From Selaginella moellendorffii (lineage: Eukaryota > Plantae > Lycopodiophyta): a DNA stretch of 64,000 nt. The notes beneath the pieces are model-generated. The model saw only the letters and a program-made list of their open reading frames with translations, did not search any database and was not told the origin of the DNA. Position numbers and translations under genes: made by a program. Shown in pieces: positions 34,190 through 45,849 of this stretch (position 1 is its first letter; each line of letters begins with the position of its first letter). The stretch covers positions 1 to 64,000 of the forward strand of contig NW_003314373.1 of assembly GCF_000143415.4 (NCBI RefSeq). Reading direction: 5' to 3'.

Positions 34190-34939
34190 CTGATTTTTCA
34201 CGGCGACTAGAAAAGAAGAAAAGAAAGAAAAAGGTCCTCTCGATCAACTGACTCGAGACCTATACAAGTTGAACAGCGATTTGTCTGTGCAATAGGCCAA
34301 AAAACTTGGTTTTTTCTTTCATCCGACAACAGTACAACTCTTTCAAGCGACCGGACGTTTGTCATTGTTTCTCGCTTTCAAAACACTCTGCCTTCGTATT
34401 GCGAGCTCGGGATCAATCAGTTCAATGCCTCGACGCTAAACGGGCAGGGTCAATGAATGGCAGAGCTCCAGTGGTGAATCTTTCTAATATTTATTGCATT
34501 CTTTCGTTTTTAAACACCTGATGAACAATTTTGCAGATCTTTACCATGTGATCGCCTTCAGGAATTCATAAAATACGTGGAAGATGAACTCTTCGTCAAG
34601 CACACAATATGGTATGGAAGAAGTTTTATGCTCGTCTCTCTGGAGGAACGCGTGTACCTTGACCAGCATCGACGTGAACGTCACTCACAAACTCTCCCGG
34701 GAAAAAAGAACAAGAAGAAATGGATCAAGGTCTCATGACTTGATCTCAAATGTTACCTCTTCCTGCGACAGCCTCGAGCAAAAGCCTTCGATCCTATATT
34801 CTGAGGTTAATTTTTAGTGACATTTACGCTTTCGAGCACCGAGACTCGGATCAAACAAGCCATTTCGCGTCAGCCTCGAGCTCTCTCACTTTCATTTCGT
34901 GCCATTCCAGCCAAAATTTTCACTTCAATCCAGTGATCG

Positions 34940-35092
34940 TCCGTCTACAGCGATTGGTTCCTGGATGCCCTGTTTGACGCGCTCCTGGGCGATCCTCTCT
35001 CGGCCACGATTCATACCTCGCGCTCTACAAATGGATCGACGCTAGAATCAACCTCTCCCACTTAGGCGCGGCAAGATCGCGGCCGCGGCAGT
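34940..35092 (+). pseudogene. Deleted fragment of the Hint/Hog gene 3' end
   Basis: cagcgattggttcctggatgccctgtttgacgcgctc...gattcatacctcgcgctctacaaatggatcgac matches 36940-37150 with internal deletions. Confidence 0.8.
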
Positions 35093-35477
35093 GCTTTCAA
35101 ATTTCGAATATATATATTCAACATTTTCTTTCCAGCGATAGGAGTAGTCTCATTCATTCATTCATTAACTATTTACAGGGTATCAGAGTACGAAACTGAC
35201 GAATTAACGTTTTGATGGCCGTTCGTATGAAACCTTGAATGTTTCTTGCAGTGATCATCAATACCTCAGCTTTAGACCGACAAGATCATCGACAAGACGT
35301 ACAATAAGTGAGAGCTACAGTGTCAAGGTCCTTATTCTTAAATAAATCCTTCTTTTCTTAAGTTTTGTTACTCTGTTTACTGTGCGACAAGAAATGAAAG
35401 GACTTATCTACAGCATGTAAAAGGATTGCAAGCAAGCATAGAAGCGCTCATACAGAAAAAGAAAGAGGAGAGAAAGG

Positions 35478-37210
35478 ATGAAAAGTGTCTCGTTTCTTCT
35501 TGTTCTTGCTGTGATCTCCAGCGTTTGCAATGCGCAAGACGTGAGTTTCAAAGCCACGACTCCCAAGATCACCAAAGGCAAGCCAAACACCTTCATTGGA
35601 ACTACTGGCGATCAGATCGCGACATCTCTTCTCGCATCGAAGACTCCCGCATTGCTTTGGGGCTCGGTTCCTGCGAGCGCAATCACCAAGATCTGCCAGA
35701 AGATTGTCAAAACTGGAAGGCTCCAGTATACTGCCAAGGTAAGTGGCGACTGGGGAGGAACCGAGAACCTCAAGCTAAAGGTAAAGAACTAGGCACAAGT
35801 ACCTTTGTTTCTTTGATCTTTCTCATGCTCACGACTGTAAACTATCTCCAGGTGGTCGCAACCGGTGGCTGTGGTGCTGCTCCAGATTCATCCGGGACAC
35901 AGTTCGTGTTCACAGACAACTATGGCCGCAAGAGTGCTGTAAGTTTTAGCGAGCTCCATAGACCATCTTGCAATAACAAAAATCACTGAATGCTTACCAG
36001 ATCGTTTGCCCAAACAACGCTAAGAAGAGCGGCTGTGGTGTGTACATGACCGGCAGTGACGTGGAAAGGCTCTACAAGAAGCGCTTGGAACTCGAGCAGC
36101 ATCTTTCACTCACAAACTCTTCTGGCGATCACCAGGCAGCTCGAAGATTCTTGCTTGGTGACTGCAAAGAAGAAGCAGGGAAAGGTCCCTCGGGATGATC
36201 CATATGTTCTTCTCGTTGAGCTTGTTCCTTCCTTTTTGCAGGAGCAATAGGAGGTGCAATCACGGGAGTGTTGGGAGTTGGAGGTTGCTTGGGACTGGGA
36301 CCATTGGCACCTTTCTGCGTCGTTGGCGTTTTGGGAGTGAGTGCTCAGCTTGGCGCGGCTGCTGGCTGCGTGAGTGCGTGCTTCCCGGGTGATGCAACTG
36401 TGCAAACTTCCACGGGCGAGACAAAGACGATGAGCCAGCTCCAAATCGGTGACAAGGTATCTATCCTGATCATCCATCGCTTCCACTAAACCTTTTTCCT
36501 CTGGTCGTGTCGTGAAGGTTGGGACGCTCAAGGACGGGAGGCTCGAGTTCAGTGAAATCTATGCTTTCGGCCACCGAGACTTGGAGCAGAAGAGTGACTT
36601 CGTCAACCTGGAACTATCCCACTCAAAGACCCTTGAGCTCTCGCCCCTGCATTTCGTGCCAACGCTACTCAAAGCTGGTGTGTGTCATCTCTTCCCTCCA
36701 CCACTTTTTTTTTCCAAGTCCCAAACTGACCAAGCTCACGAACCATTTCTAGGTGGAGTCGAATTCAAGCGTGCGCAAGACGTACTTGTCGGAGATGTGT
36801 TGACCGCTTCATCCTCCGCCAACAATTCGATCATGACTCCATTCCCAGTCACACGAATCTCGATCGTTACAAAGCCCGGCCTCTATAATCCATTGACTCT
36901 CCAAGGAACTATCGTCGTCAACGGAGTCGCCGCCTCGGTCCACAGCGACTGGTTCCTGGATGCCCTGTTTGACACGCTCGGCCTCACTGCTTACCTCCCA
37001 GCAGCATACCAGGCTATCCTCTCCCCGGGGCGATTGCTCTACACACTCCTCGGCCATGATTCATACCTCGCGCTCTACAAATGGATCGACGCCAGGATCA
37101 ATGTCGCTGAGTTCGGCACTGAAAATGGCGGCAAGATTGCAGCGGCGGCGCTGCTGGCGAGTGGAATCGCGTCCCTGCGATTGACCAAAAAGACCCGGAA
37201 TTTCGCGTAG
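35478..37210 (+). CDS. Secreted Hedgehog-like Hint/Hog autoprocessing protein, copy A; exons 35478-35780, 35852-35938, 36001-36184, 36242-36456, 36518-36677, 36753-37210
   Basis: Signal peptide MKSVSFLLVLAVISSVCNA; A|CFPGDATV (Cys codon 36379-36381), MSQLQIGDKV, FSEIYAFGHRD, LELSPLH, GLYNPLTLQGTIVVNGVAASVH, SRR-like YQAILSPGRLLY. Confidence 0.92.
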
Positions 37211-37357
37211 AGCCTATGAGTGTTTTAAATATTTGAATGCCTGTAATGCGCGGTGACAGGAAGCATTCAGAGTACCACTACATGGCTAATACAGGGAATA
37301 TACTACTCGGCTCACTTCCCAGTTTGTGGACTTGTGACCATCGCCCAGTCGTCAACC

Positions 37358-37532
37358 TCTGTCCACAGCGATTGGTTCCTGTTGTTGCCTGTTTGTTCGA
37401 TGCGCTCGGCGCCATTCGCGATTGCTCTATCCTCGGCCATGATTCATACTGCGCTGTCAATGGATTGACGCTAGAATTGACGACGTCACTGCGGCACTGA
37501 CAATGGCAGCAAGATCGCAGGCGCGGCAGCGA
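37358..37532 (+). pseudogene. Second decayed fragment of the Hint/Hog gene 3' end
   Basis: tctgtccacagcgattggttcctg...ctcggccatgattcatac...tggattgacgctagaat...aatggcagcaagatcgc resembles 36937-37150. Confidence 0.75.
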
Positions 37533-38532
37533 GAATGCTCCAGGTTCTTCTCGTGGACTTTTTCAAAATTTCAAATGCCAAATATTTCTTTGGTAATTAT
37601 GTAGAAAACCTATTATTCTTTCACTCAAGCTACTTTTGTAATAGAACTTGCTTCTAAACTGGATCAAAGTGTTGAAAGTTAGAGATGCAAGAATGCTTGC
37701 CACAAAGAAAATCCTACTCTCTAGCAACAAACTGTTTAAAGTTCAAAAGAGGAGCATATTGGATGATAGGTCAAGAGAGAAGTTAGAATTTCCCTTCTGA
37801 GTGTCTCCTTGACTTTCCCATGATTGTCAAGAGGGCTGCTCACCAGCAAAAACCAGCTTTGAATTGTGAAATTCAAGTGAATTTGAAGTGTCCACCTTAA
37901 GAGCAGCTTCAATTGAGGCTTTTCTCATTGGTTCTAAATCCTGGCTGTCATCCTCTAGCTTAATCACGCTGAAAAATGGCTTAAGCCATATGGAGTCATC
38001 CCTCACCAAAGAAGCTAGAGGAGTATTTACAGTAGCAGTTGATTGGAGGGTTTTGTGGCAAGTCTCATAGTTGAGTCATTTACCCCAAAAGTAATGTCAA
38101 GCATTCATCAGTGCATAGAATATTCTGTTAGTGAAGTATTTTAGGGACTCAAATATTACATATATACTAACAATATAAACATAAATATAATGGTATCTTT
38201 GCATGCAAACTTTACCATCTCACTATCCTAGTTTAATATATCAATGCCCCAATTTCTAATGCTTTGCAAAAGAAATGAGATGAATAACCTTGTGTGCATT
38301 TTAAAATTTAAAGCAAGGTTTGCTTAGAAGCATTTATATTAATGAGAGGATACAAACAGCAAGTTAGTAAATTGTCACACTATAGTCAACCATATACCCA
38401 AGTGTGTATTGTTTATATTGGCACAAAACCCTCAGCCCTTTAGTCATAAAAAGAATTTAGAATGGAAAACACATATATTAGTATGTGCATTGGAGAGGAA
38501 TGGGCACAAGTCAATTTGTAACAAATTTTCTT

Positions 38533-38896
38533 TGTTACGGGATAATAGGATAAAGTAAAGGCCTTACAAACAAATGATCTGGTTAGGGTGTAAAGGATAG
38601 AATCTTAATACTGGTATCGGAACCTAATTTGATTCTCATGGCTAACAAATGGGGTAAAAATATTGAAGGAATATTTAACATAGTGGATTTAGAGGGAGAA
38701 TCAAGGTTTGGTAGACCCTAAAAAGAGGATCATAATGACCAAACGGTGGCTTAAATATAATTGCAGACGATCATTCCTTGGCAAAAGAAGGATGTTTAAA
38801 CACTAGGTTAGAATAATAGAATAAAGAAAAGGTCTTAAAAATACGTGATCACCTTTTTAGCTAGTTGCCTTGGGTGTAAAGGATAGGATCTTAACA
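38533..38896 (+). mobile_element. Degenerate TRIM-like miniature LTR retroelement
   Basis: Short diverged direct repeats 38533-38610 and 38793-38896 (shared ataatag.ataaag..aagg.ctta and gggtgtaaaggatag.atcttaa), PBS-like TGGTATCGGAAC at 38612, purine tract aaaagaagga before the second repeat, flanks ttctt/ttatt. Confidence 0.55.
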
Positions 38897-39281
38897 TTAT
38901 TTCTCTCCACTTAAGTAAAGTGGAAAATGGATAATTGGTTAATAAAAGAGGTTTTAATAATTATTTTATCTTTATTTATCCCCCAAAGTTTTAATGATTC
39001 ATAATGACAATATATCCAAATTTTATTTCATGATTATATATTCTACTATTACCCACCCTTTAGAGATGTCAAGGATTAATAACCCTTACTATAAGTCAAG
39101 GGGTCCATTTCCGCATTCAATTTACCAATGCTTTTATTATGTTGGCTAACTAATTATCTACTTATACCATAGTTCTATAGTGGATACTTTCATTTGTGAT
39201 GCCTTACAGATGAAAGACGTACTCATTAATGTCTAATATATATAATTTTCAATTTTATAGATATGAATATACTTTGCTCAA

Positions 39282-39568
39282 ATGCTTTATTTCGTTAAAG
39301 TGGAACTTTTCATTATCCCACTTATGGTGTGTGGCCACATGCCATTTTTATAACAATAATAAAAAATTGAAGTTTTAGCTTTATAATTTATAAATTAAAA
39401 ACTTTTCATATGATTTTGTGTTATAATATTGTGAAATATAAAAAATAAATTAAAAAACTGATAGAAATATTAATAAATATTAATTAAGTACTAGGAAATG
39501 GCATGTGGACACATGCTAATTAATGTCCCACTTTACTGAATAAGTTCCACTTTAACGAAATAAAGCAT
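39282..39568. mobile_element. 287-bp MITE, copy 1
   Basis: 27-bp perfect TIR ATGCTTTATTTCGTTAAAGTGGAACTT, subterminal inverted ccacatgccattt/aaatggcatgtgg, flanked by TCAA/TCAA. Confidence 0.92.
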
Positions 39569-40465
39569 TCAAAAGTATATTATATTTTAAGTAGCCACTA
39601 ATCTATGGGAATCAAATCTGTGTCATTTCCTTTAATATGTATAATACACTCTATCTCTCTCCCCTTTAACTCAATTGAAAAAAGGGTAATTGCTTTATGA
39701 AATAGCCTTTAATAATTATTTTATCCTCATTTCTCCCCCAAGATTCTAAAGATCTATAATAATAGTATATCGAAATTTTATCTCATGATCACGTGTGTTA
39801 CAGTAAGTATATTATAATGCTCTTTACTCTTCATAACACAATCATTGCAATAATTACATAGCTAAAACTAAGAAGTAAAAGCCTAAGAAAGAAAAATTTA
39901 TATTGCACTTTGCAAAACATATAAACACAACAAACCACTGCAATATTAAAAACTTACATGTGTGTTTAAGAACACAAGAATCAATAGAGCTAACACCTTA
40001 TCATGGCTATAATACAAATTATTTACTCAATGCCCCAAACACCAAAAAAAAAACTTTACACTTGCATTTGTGCTCCAATTGATTGTATTTACTTCTACTC
40101 CAATTAATCACTACTTAGATTAGAGTGCCACACCACAAACAAGCTATGAGTAATAAAAGGCTTGCTAAAGCAATTAAAATACTATATTTACATTAGAGTG
40201 TGTTGCAACTGAAAATGAAACACAACCATGTAAAATGAGAGATAAATGGAACATAAGAGAAATGGTAATAATCTCAAGGTCACAAATCTGCATACAATGA
40301 TATAAGAATTGATATAAGAATGGGAAAAGAAAAACTCTCACTAAATTTATAATGACATCATGTTAGATGATGTGGTATTAGTCTTGTGTGCTGAAGTGTC
40401 ATACTCTATACATATATAGTATATTTTATCAGTCAAGTTTATAACAATTGAAAAGGAATTGTATG

Positions 40466-43400
40466 TGTGAGTGCATGGAATATGGAACAGGAATACAGAA
40501 ATGTGCATATCCATTAGCCCAAAAACCCTAGCTTATATACAGGAGCGAGTGGTCCGGATTGAAACCAATCCGACGGCTACCAAAATCCCACTACGCTAAT
40601 ATTAGTATATAGCATCGTAGCCGTACACTTGGCCCTCACATCATCCCCTCCTCTCGGAATAATGGAAGGCCATCAGGGGTCTCTTGTAGATGGGCCGGGA
40701 TCTGGAGGAACGTCAGGAGGAGGCATCGGCAGATCTGTAGACGGTATTAACTGCTCCTGATCCCTTTGTATGAAGCGTTTTAACCGTTGCACATGCACAA
40801 TCTCCGGAGGATCGGCTTGCTGAACGTCATGCCGAACCTCATAAACTTGTGGTCCAACTTGCCGCAACACCTAATACGGTCCTTTCCACTGCGCAAGGAG
40901 CCCCTTAGATAAACCACGTACCGTAAGATGGGGAAAACGGACTAACACCAAATCATCCACTTTGTACTCCGCAGATGGACGATGATGGGAATTGTAGCGC
41001 CGTTGTTGTCCCACTTGTACGCGGCCTAAGTGTTCAGCAGACTCTGCTCGGACAAGTGGAAGAATGCTTGTCAAATATTGATCCCATGACCTAGCATCAG
41101 GAGCTCGTGGCAATCGCGAAGGTAAACCCAGCTCTGTTGGTAATATTGGATCATGACCATATAGAAGTTTATATGGTGAAGCACCAACAGAACTCTGCAC
41201 CCCTGTGACATAGGCATACCGAAGAGACGGCAAATAATCATCCCAATCCGAATGCTGAAAGTTCACATACTTCGCAATCATCCCTTTGAATGTCCGAACA
41301 AGCCGTTCTACCAGACCGTCTGATTGTGGATGATAAGCACTCGTAAAAGTGTGGTGTATCCCCAACTGAGATGTCAAAACATGAAATACCTCAGCCATAA
41401 ATGCAGGACCATTATCCGAAAGAATCCGCTCTGGACAAGAATGCTGGAACACCACTCGATTGAGGAGGAAGTATCCAACAGCAGTTGCAGAGGCACTAGC
41501 AAGAGCACCAACTTCCACCCAACGAGTCAAGTAGTCAGAAGCAATAATAACATACTCATTGCCAACAGTCGATCGTGGAAAAGGTCCCATAAGATCAAAC
41601 GCCACCAACTCAAACGGACGGGAAACTGCAATTGACTCCAACCGTCCTTCCGCAGCACAAGGAGGAGTATTACGAGCTTGGCACCAAACGCAGCTACGCA
41701 CATACCGGATAATATCATGTCGCATCTCTGGCCAATAGAAAGACCTGCGCAGCTTCTCGGTGACACGACGGTGTCCCATATGCCCACCTAGAATAGAAGA
41801 ATCATGGTAGGCATGGAGAAACCATGGAATAAACACCAAAGGCACCACCAGCCGTAAATGATCATCAGGATCCGTCCCCACAAAATAAAGAAGGCCATCT
41901 TCAAGGCGATATTGAGAATGTAAATGCCGAAAAGGCAAGTCATCAGCAAGTGATGCAGGATTCTCAAACCCATCTCGAAACCTTCGAATCCACGGCTCAA
42001 TCTTTTGAGCCGCGCGAACCTCATCAAGAGAAGGTAGATCTTGCTCTGCGCCCTGTGGACACTGAACGTCAAGGACAGCAACCGCCGACGGCACAGAATC
42101 CTCATCTAGAAAATCCACAGATGCTGGAACAACAAGTTCGTCAGAAACATGAGAAAGGAGTGGAGAAGGAAGAGGAGCTCGAGAAAGGGCATCAGCATCA
42201 GCCATAGAACTCCCTGGGCGATGAACAACATCGAAATCATATATCTGAAGCTTCAAAGCCCATCGAGCCGTACGACCAACCAGGTTCTTCCGCTTCAATA
42301 ATGAAGTAACAGCAGCATGGTCACCTTCAAGTAACGTCCGAGAACCATGTAGATATGCATGAAGTTTCTCGAAACCCCAGACTGCTGCTAAACACTCCTT
42401 CTCCGTCGTGGAGTAGTTCATCTCCGCTGGTTGTAATGTACGGCTTATGTATGCAATGGGATGGCGTTGACCAGGCACACTCGAGCTCTCTTGCATCAAC
42501 ACACCTCCAAGACCAATGTCAGAAGCATCCACGCGCAAAATAAAAGGTCGAGTGTAGTTAGGATATGCCAAAACTGGAGGAGTCGTCAACAGCTCTTTGA
42601 GATTCACGAACGTTCGCTCACAATCCGGAGACCAGATGAAAGATGACGTTGATGACTTCAGCTCGCAATGGTGTAGTGCGATCGGAAAGATGATCCACAA
42701 AACGACCGAGATACTGCACCTTACCCAAAAAGCACTGCACATCATTCACACACTTCGGAGTAGGGAACTTTAGAACAGCCACAAGTTTGTCAGGATCAAC
42801 TTGCAAACCCTCACGAGAAATACGGTACCCAAGATAAGTTGTGTCCTTGGACCCAAACACGCACTTTGACCGCTTCAACTTTAAACCAACGTCGCGTAGC
42901 CGATCCAATACTTTACAAACATCACGAACGTGCTCCTCCCACGTCCCCTCCGAGTGGATCAAGACATCATCAATGAAGTCAGCCGTCACCTCCAGCATAT
43001 CGCAAAGAACTTCGTCCATCATCCGCTGAAAAGTTGCTGGAGCATTGTTCAAACCAAACGGCATCACCAAGAACTCGTACAAACCAAATGGTGTACGAAA
43101 AACAGTCTTAGGAATATCTTCTTTGGCCATCGATACTTGCCAATACCCAGAAGCAAGATCTAGCTTGGTGAACCAACGACTTCACCCCAAACGATCCAAG
43201 AGATCAGCAGTGTGAGGAAGAGGGTACACATCCGGGATTGTCACTTCATTTAACGGACGATAGTCGATGCAGAAACGAATACTCCCATCAGGCTTCATCA
43301 CAAGATGAGGTTCACATGCCCAAGGACTCCGCGACTTCCGAATAACACCCTTCTCCAACATCTCCTTGACGTTTGCACGTAAAATTTTGATCTCCTTGGG

Positions 43401-45471
43401 TGACCGACGACAAACAGGAACCTTGATTGGACGAGCATCCCCGGTTGGAATGGGATGACGTGTGGCAATCTTGGCCCCAGACGATAGGTCAAATTCAAAG
43501 AGATCAGAATACTCCTTCATGAGCTGGTCAACAGCTGCAACACAAAGATCATCGTAGGGATCGGAAAAGGGAAGAGCAGAACAAGATGGAAACACAAGAG
43601 GAAATAGTGGAGGAACAAAAGTAATGGAAGCAGAGGTAGAAATAGAGGGACGAAGAGGTATGGAAGTGAGAGGAATGGATGAAACATAAGGAAGTATGAG
43701 ACAAGGGGGAGAAGCTTCAAAGTCACACTTGGCATGATTGCACTACAACCAATCCATACCAAGAATGAGGTCAAAAGCTTGACTCGGCACCACCCGCAAC
43801 GACTGCAACTCAAGCTCGAGATTGCCCACACGCACAACCAGGTCTGCCTCATCTTGTGCACATGCATGTGTACGGCCGTTGCCATAAAGAATGAAGACTG
43901 GATCCGCCGCACGACGCAAGTGTAGACGACAATGTGTGGCAACAGGTCGAGCAATAGAAGATAAACTCGAACCTGTATCAACCAACACGGAGAGAAGAAT
44001 AGGAGACCTCTTGTTATAAAAACGAGCTTAGAAAGTAAACACTGGATGAACCGGTGCCGAGTGAACCCCTTGATGATACTCCCGAAAGAAAGATGGAGGG
44101 GTCACTAACTTATTCGCGCAAGGTCCCTCCATTACTCGCGCGACTCCTCGTTTCCCGAATGCACCTCGGTATCCAAACCTTCCACCGCAGCAGCACCAAC
44201 GGGACGTTGCTAACGCCAAGGTCTCCACCCAGGAAATGGAGGTCGCCAATCCGGAAAGCGCCGATAACGCCGATAAGTATGACCAACTTCATCACACGCC
44301 CAGCAACGAACATCACGGCCACGACCACGTCCTTGCCCTTGTCCTTGGACTCGAGTAGCAGCAGCATCAACCTCCATTGGAATAGGACTATCACTCATAG
44401 GAAGTGGAGCTGAAGGATGTGCAGCGAGAAGCGGAAGAGGCGACGTCTCATAACGTTGTGTCAAGCGAAGAGCATCGTCAAGGGTGGCAGGAGCAAGTGC
44501 ATGCACAAGGCCAACAAAATCTTGACGAAGTGCTGGCCACAACATTCCTAGCTTGATCCGCTCCGACATATTAGGCTCCGCACGAAGCAAAAGACTTCGG
44601 AAACGAACGCCAAATTGCATCACCGACTCAGATGGTCCTTGGCGAAGACGATGCAATTGTTGGAAGGCATCATCACAATCGTCGGCATGTCCGAAGGCGC
44701 GTTTGAAGACGTCCAGAAGAACACTCCAATCCCCACGAGTGGCCGCACTCAATCCATTGTACCACTGCAAACCATCCCTTGGAGACACGTGGGAAACTCA
44801 CGCAAACATCGAGCATCATCCCAAGAATGATATGTGGCAATCACCGTGAAGTGATAGAACCAATGGTACACATCATCCCCAGGATTCCCACAAAAGAACT
44901 CCGGCCGAACGCGAGGATTAGCACCAAGAGCAGGAAGAGTTGGACCACGTGCTGTGAATGCCGCCATCAATTGAGTTTGGTTGTTCAATTGCAAGTGCAT
45001 AGCATCAAACAAGTGAACCAACTGCTGCTCTAGAGTCAAAGGAGGAGATTGCGGATCGGCTATGAAGATGAACGAAAAAGAAAAAGCAAAAGAAGAGAAA
45101 TGACAAAAAGCTGGAAAGAAATGGTAGATCTAGACAATGCAAAAAGCTAGATCTAAACCAAAATCCTGAAAGGAAAGAACAAAAGAAAGGAAATGGAAAA
45201 AACTAGATCTAGACGATGCAAAAGCTAGATGTAAATCAAAATCCCAAATCCGAGCACTCCCCAGGGACAATCAAAGGTGCCCTTTATCTCCACCAATGTA
45301 AGTGCATGGAATATGGAACAGGAATACAAAAATGTGCATATCCATTAACCCAAAAACCCTAGTTTATATACAAGAGCAAGTGGTCCGGATTGAAACCAAT
45401 CCGACGGCTACCAAAATCCCACTATGCTAATATTAGTATACAGCATCGTAGCCGTACACTTGGCTCTCACA
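40466..45471 (-). mobile_element. Full-length Ty3/gypsy LTR retrotransposon (~5.0 kb, no chromodomain), ORFs interrupted
   Basis: 175-bp LTRs 40466-40640 and 45297-45471 (TG...CA), TATG/TATG TSD, PBS TGGTGGAGATAAAGGG, PPT GAGAGGAGGGGA; gag, protease LVDTGSS, RT (IDYRPLN, MPFGLNNAPATFQ, FIDD), RNase H (VDASD, TEKECLA), integrase (H..GHMG, CVWCQ, SDNGPAF, DGLVER). Confidence 0.97.
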
Positions 45472-45849
45472 TATGCATAATATTTTTGCAAAAAACTCAA
45501 AGAAAAAAGAGTATATCTAAATATATGTAAATATATAATGCTCTCATATACAATCATATATTTGTTATGGATTAGAGGGAATAATCTAATCCCAAAATAT
45601 TCCAGAGCCTTGTCCAAATTGTGTACTTTCTTAGTCGTTTTTTCTTGGTTTGAAGTTTAAGACTTTGGCACCTGATTTCTCACGTTCTAAAGCACTATTT
45701 CTCTTGTTAATTTGCAAGATAGATCTTGTTTCTTGTTTTGAGATTTTATTTATATCACTCTGTCAGAAGAAAGCTTTAGCATGATTTCTTATTCTCCGTC
45801 GTTTAAGCTAAGATCCAGTTTCCAAGCTGCAGCAAATACCGGTACCCTT

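Noticed and set aside
36379-36950. Calling the Hint domain a protein-splicing intein
   Set aside because: No terminal His-Asn followed by Cys/Ser/Thr and no endonuclease; signal peptide and SRR-like region fit a Hog module.
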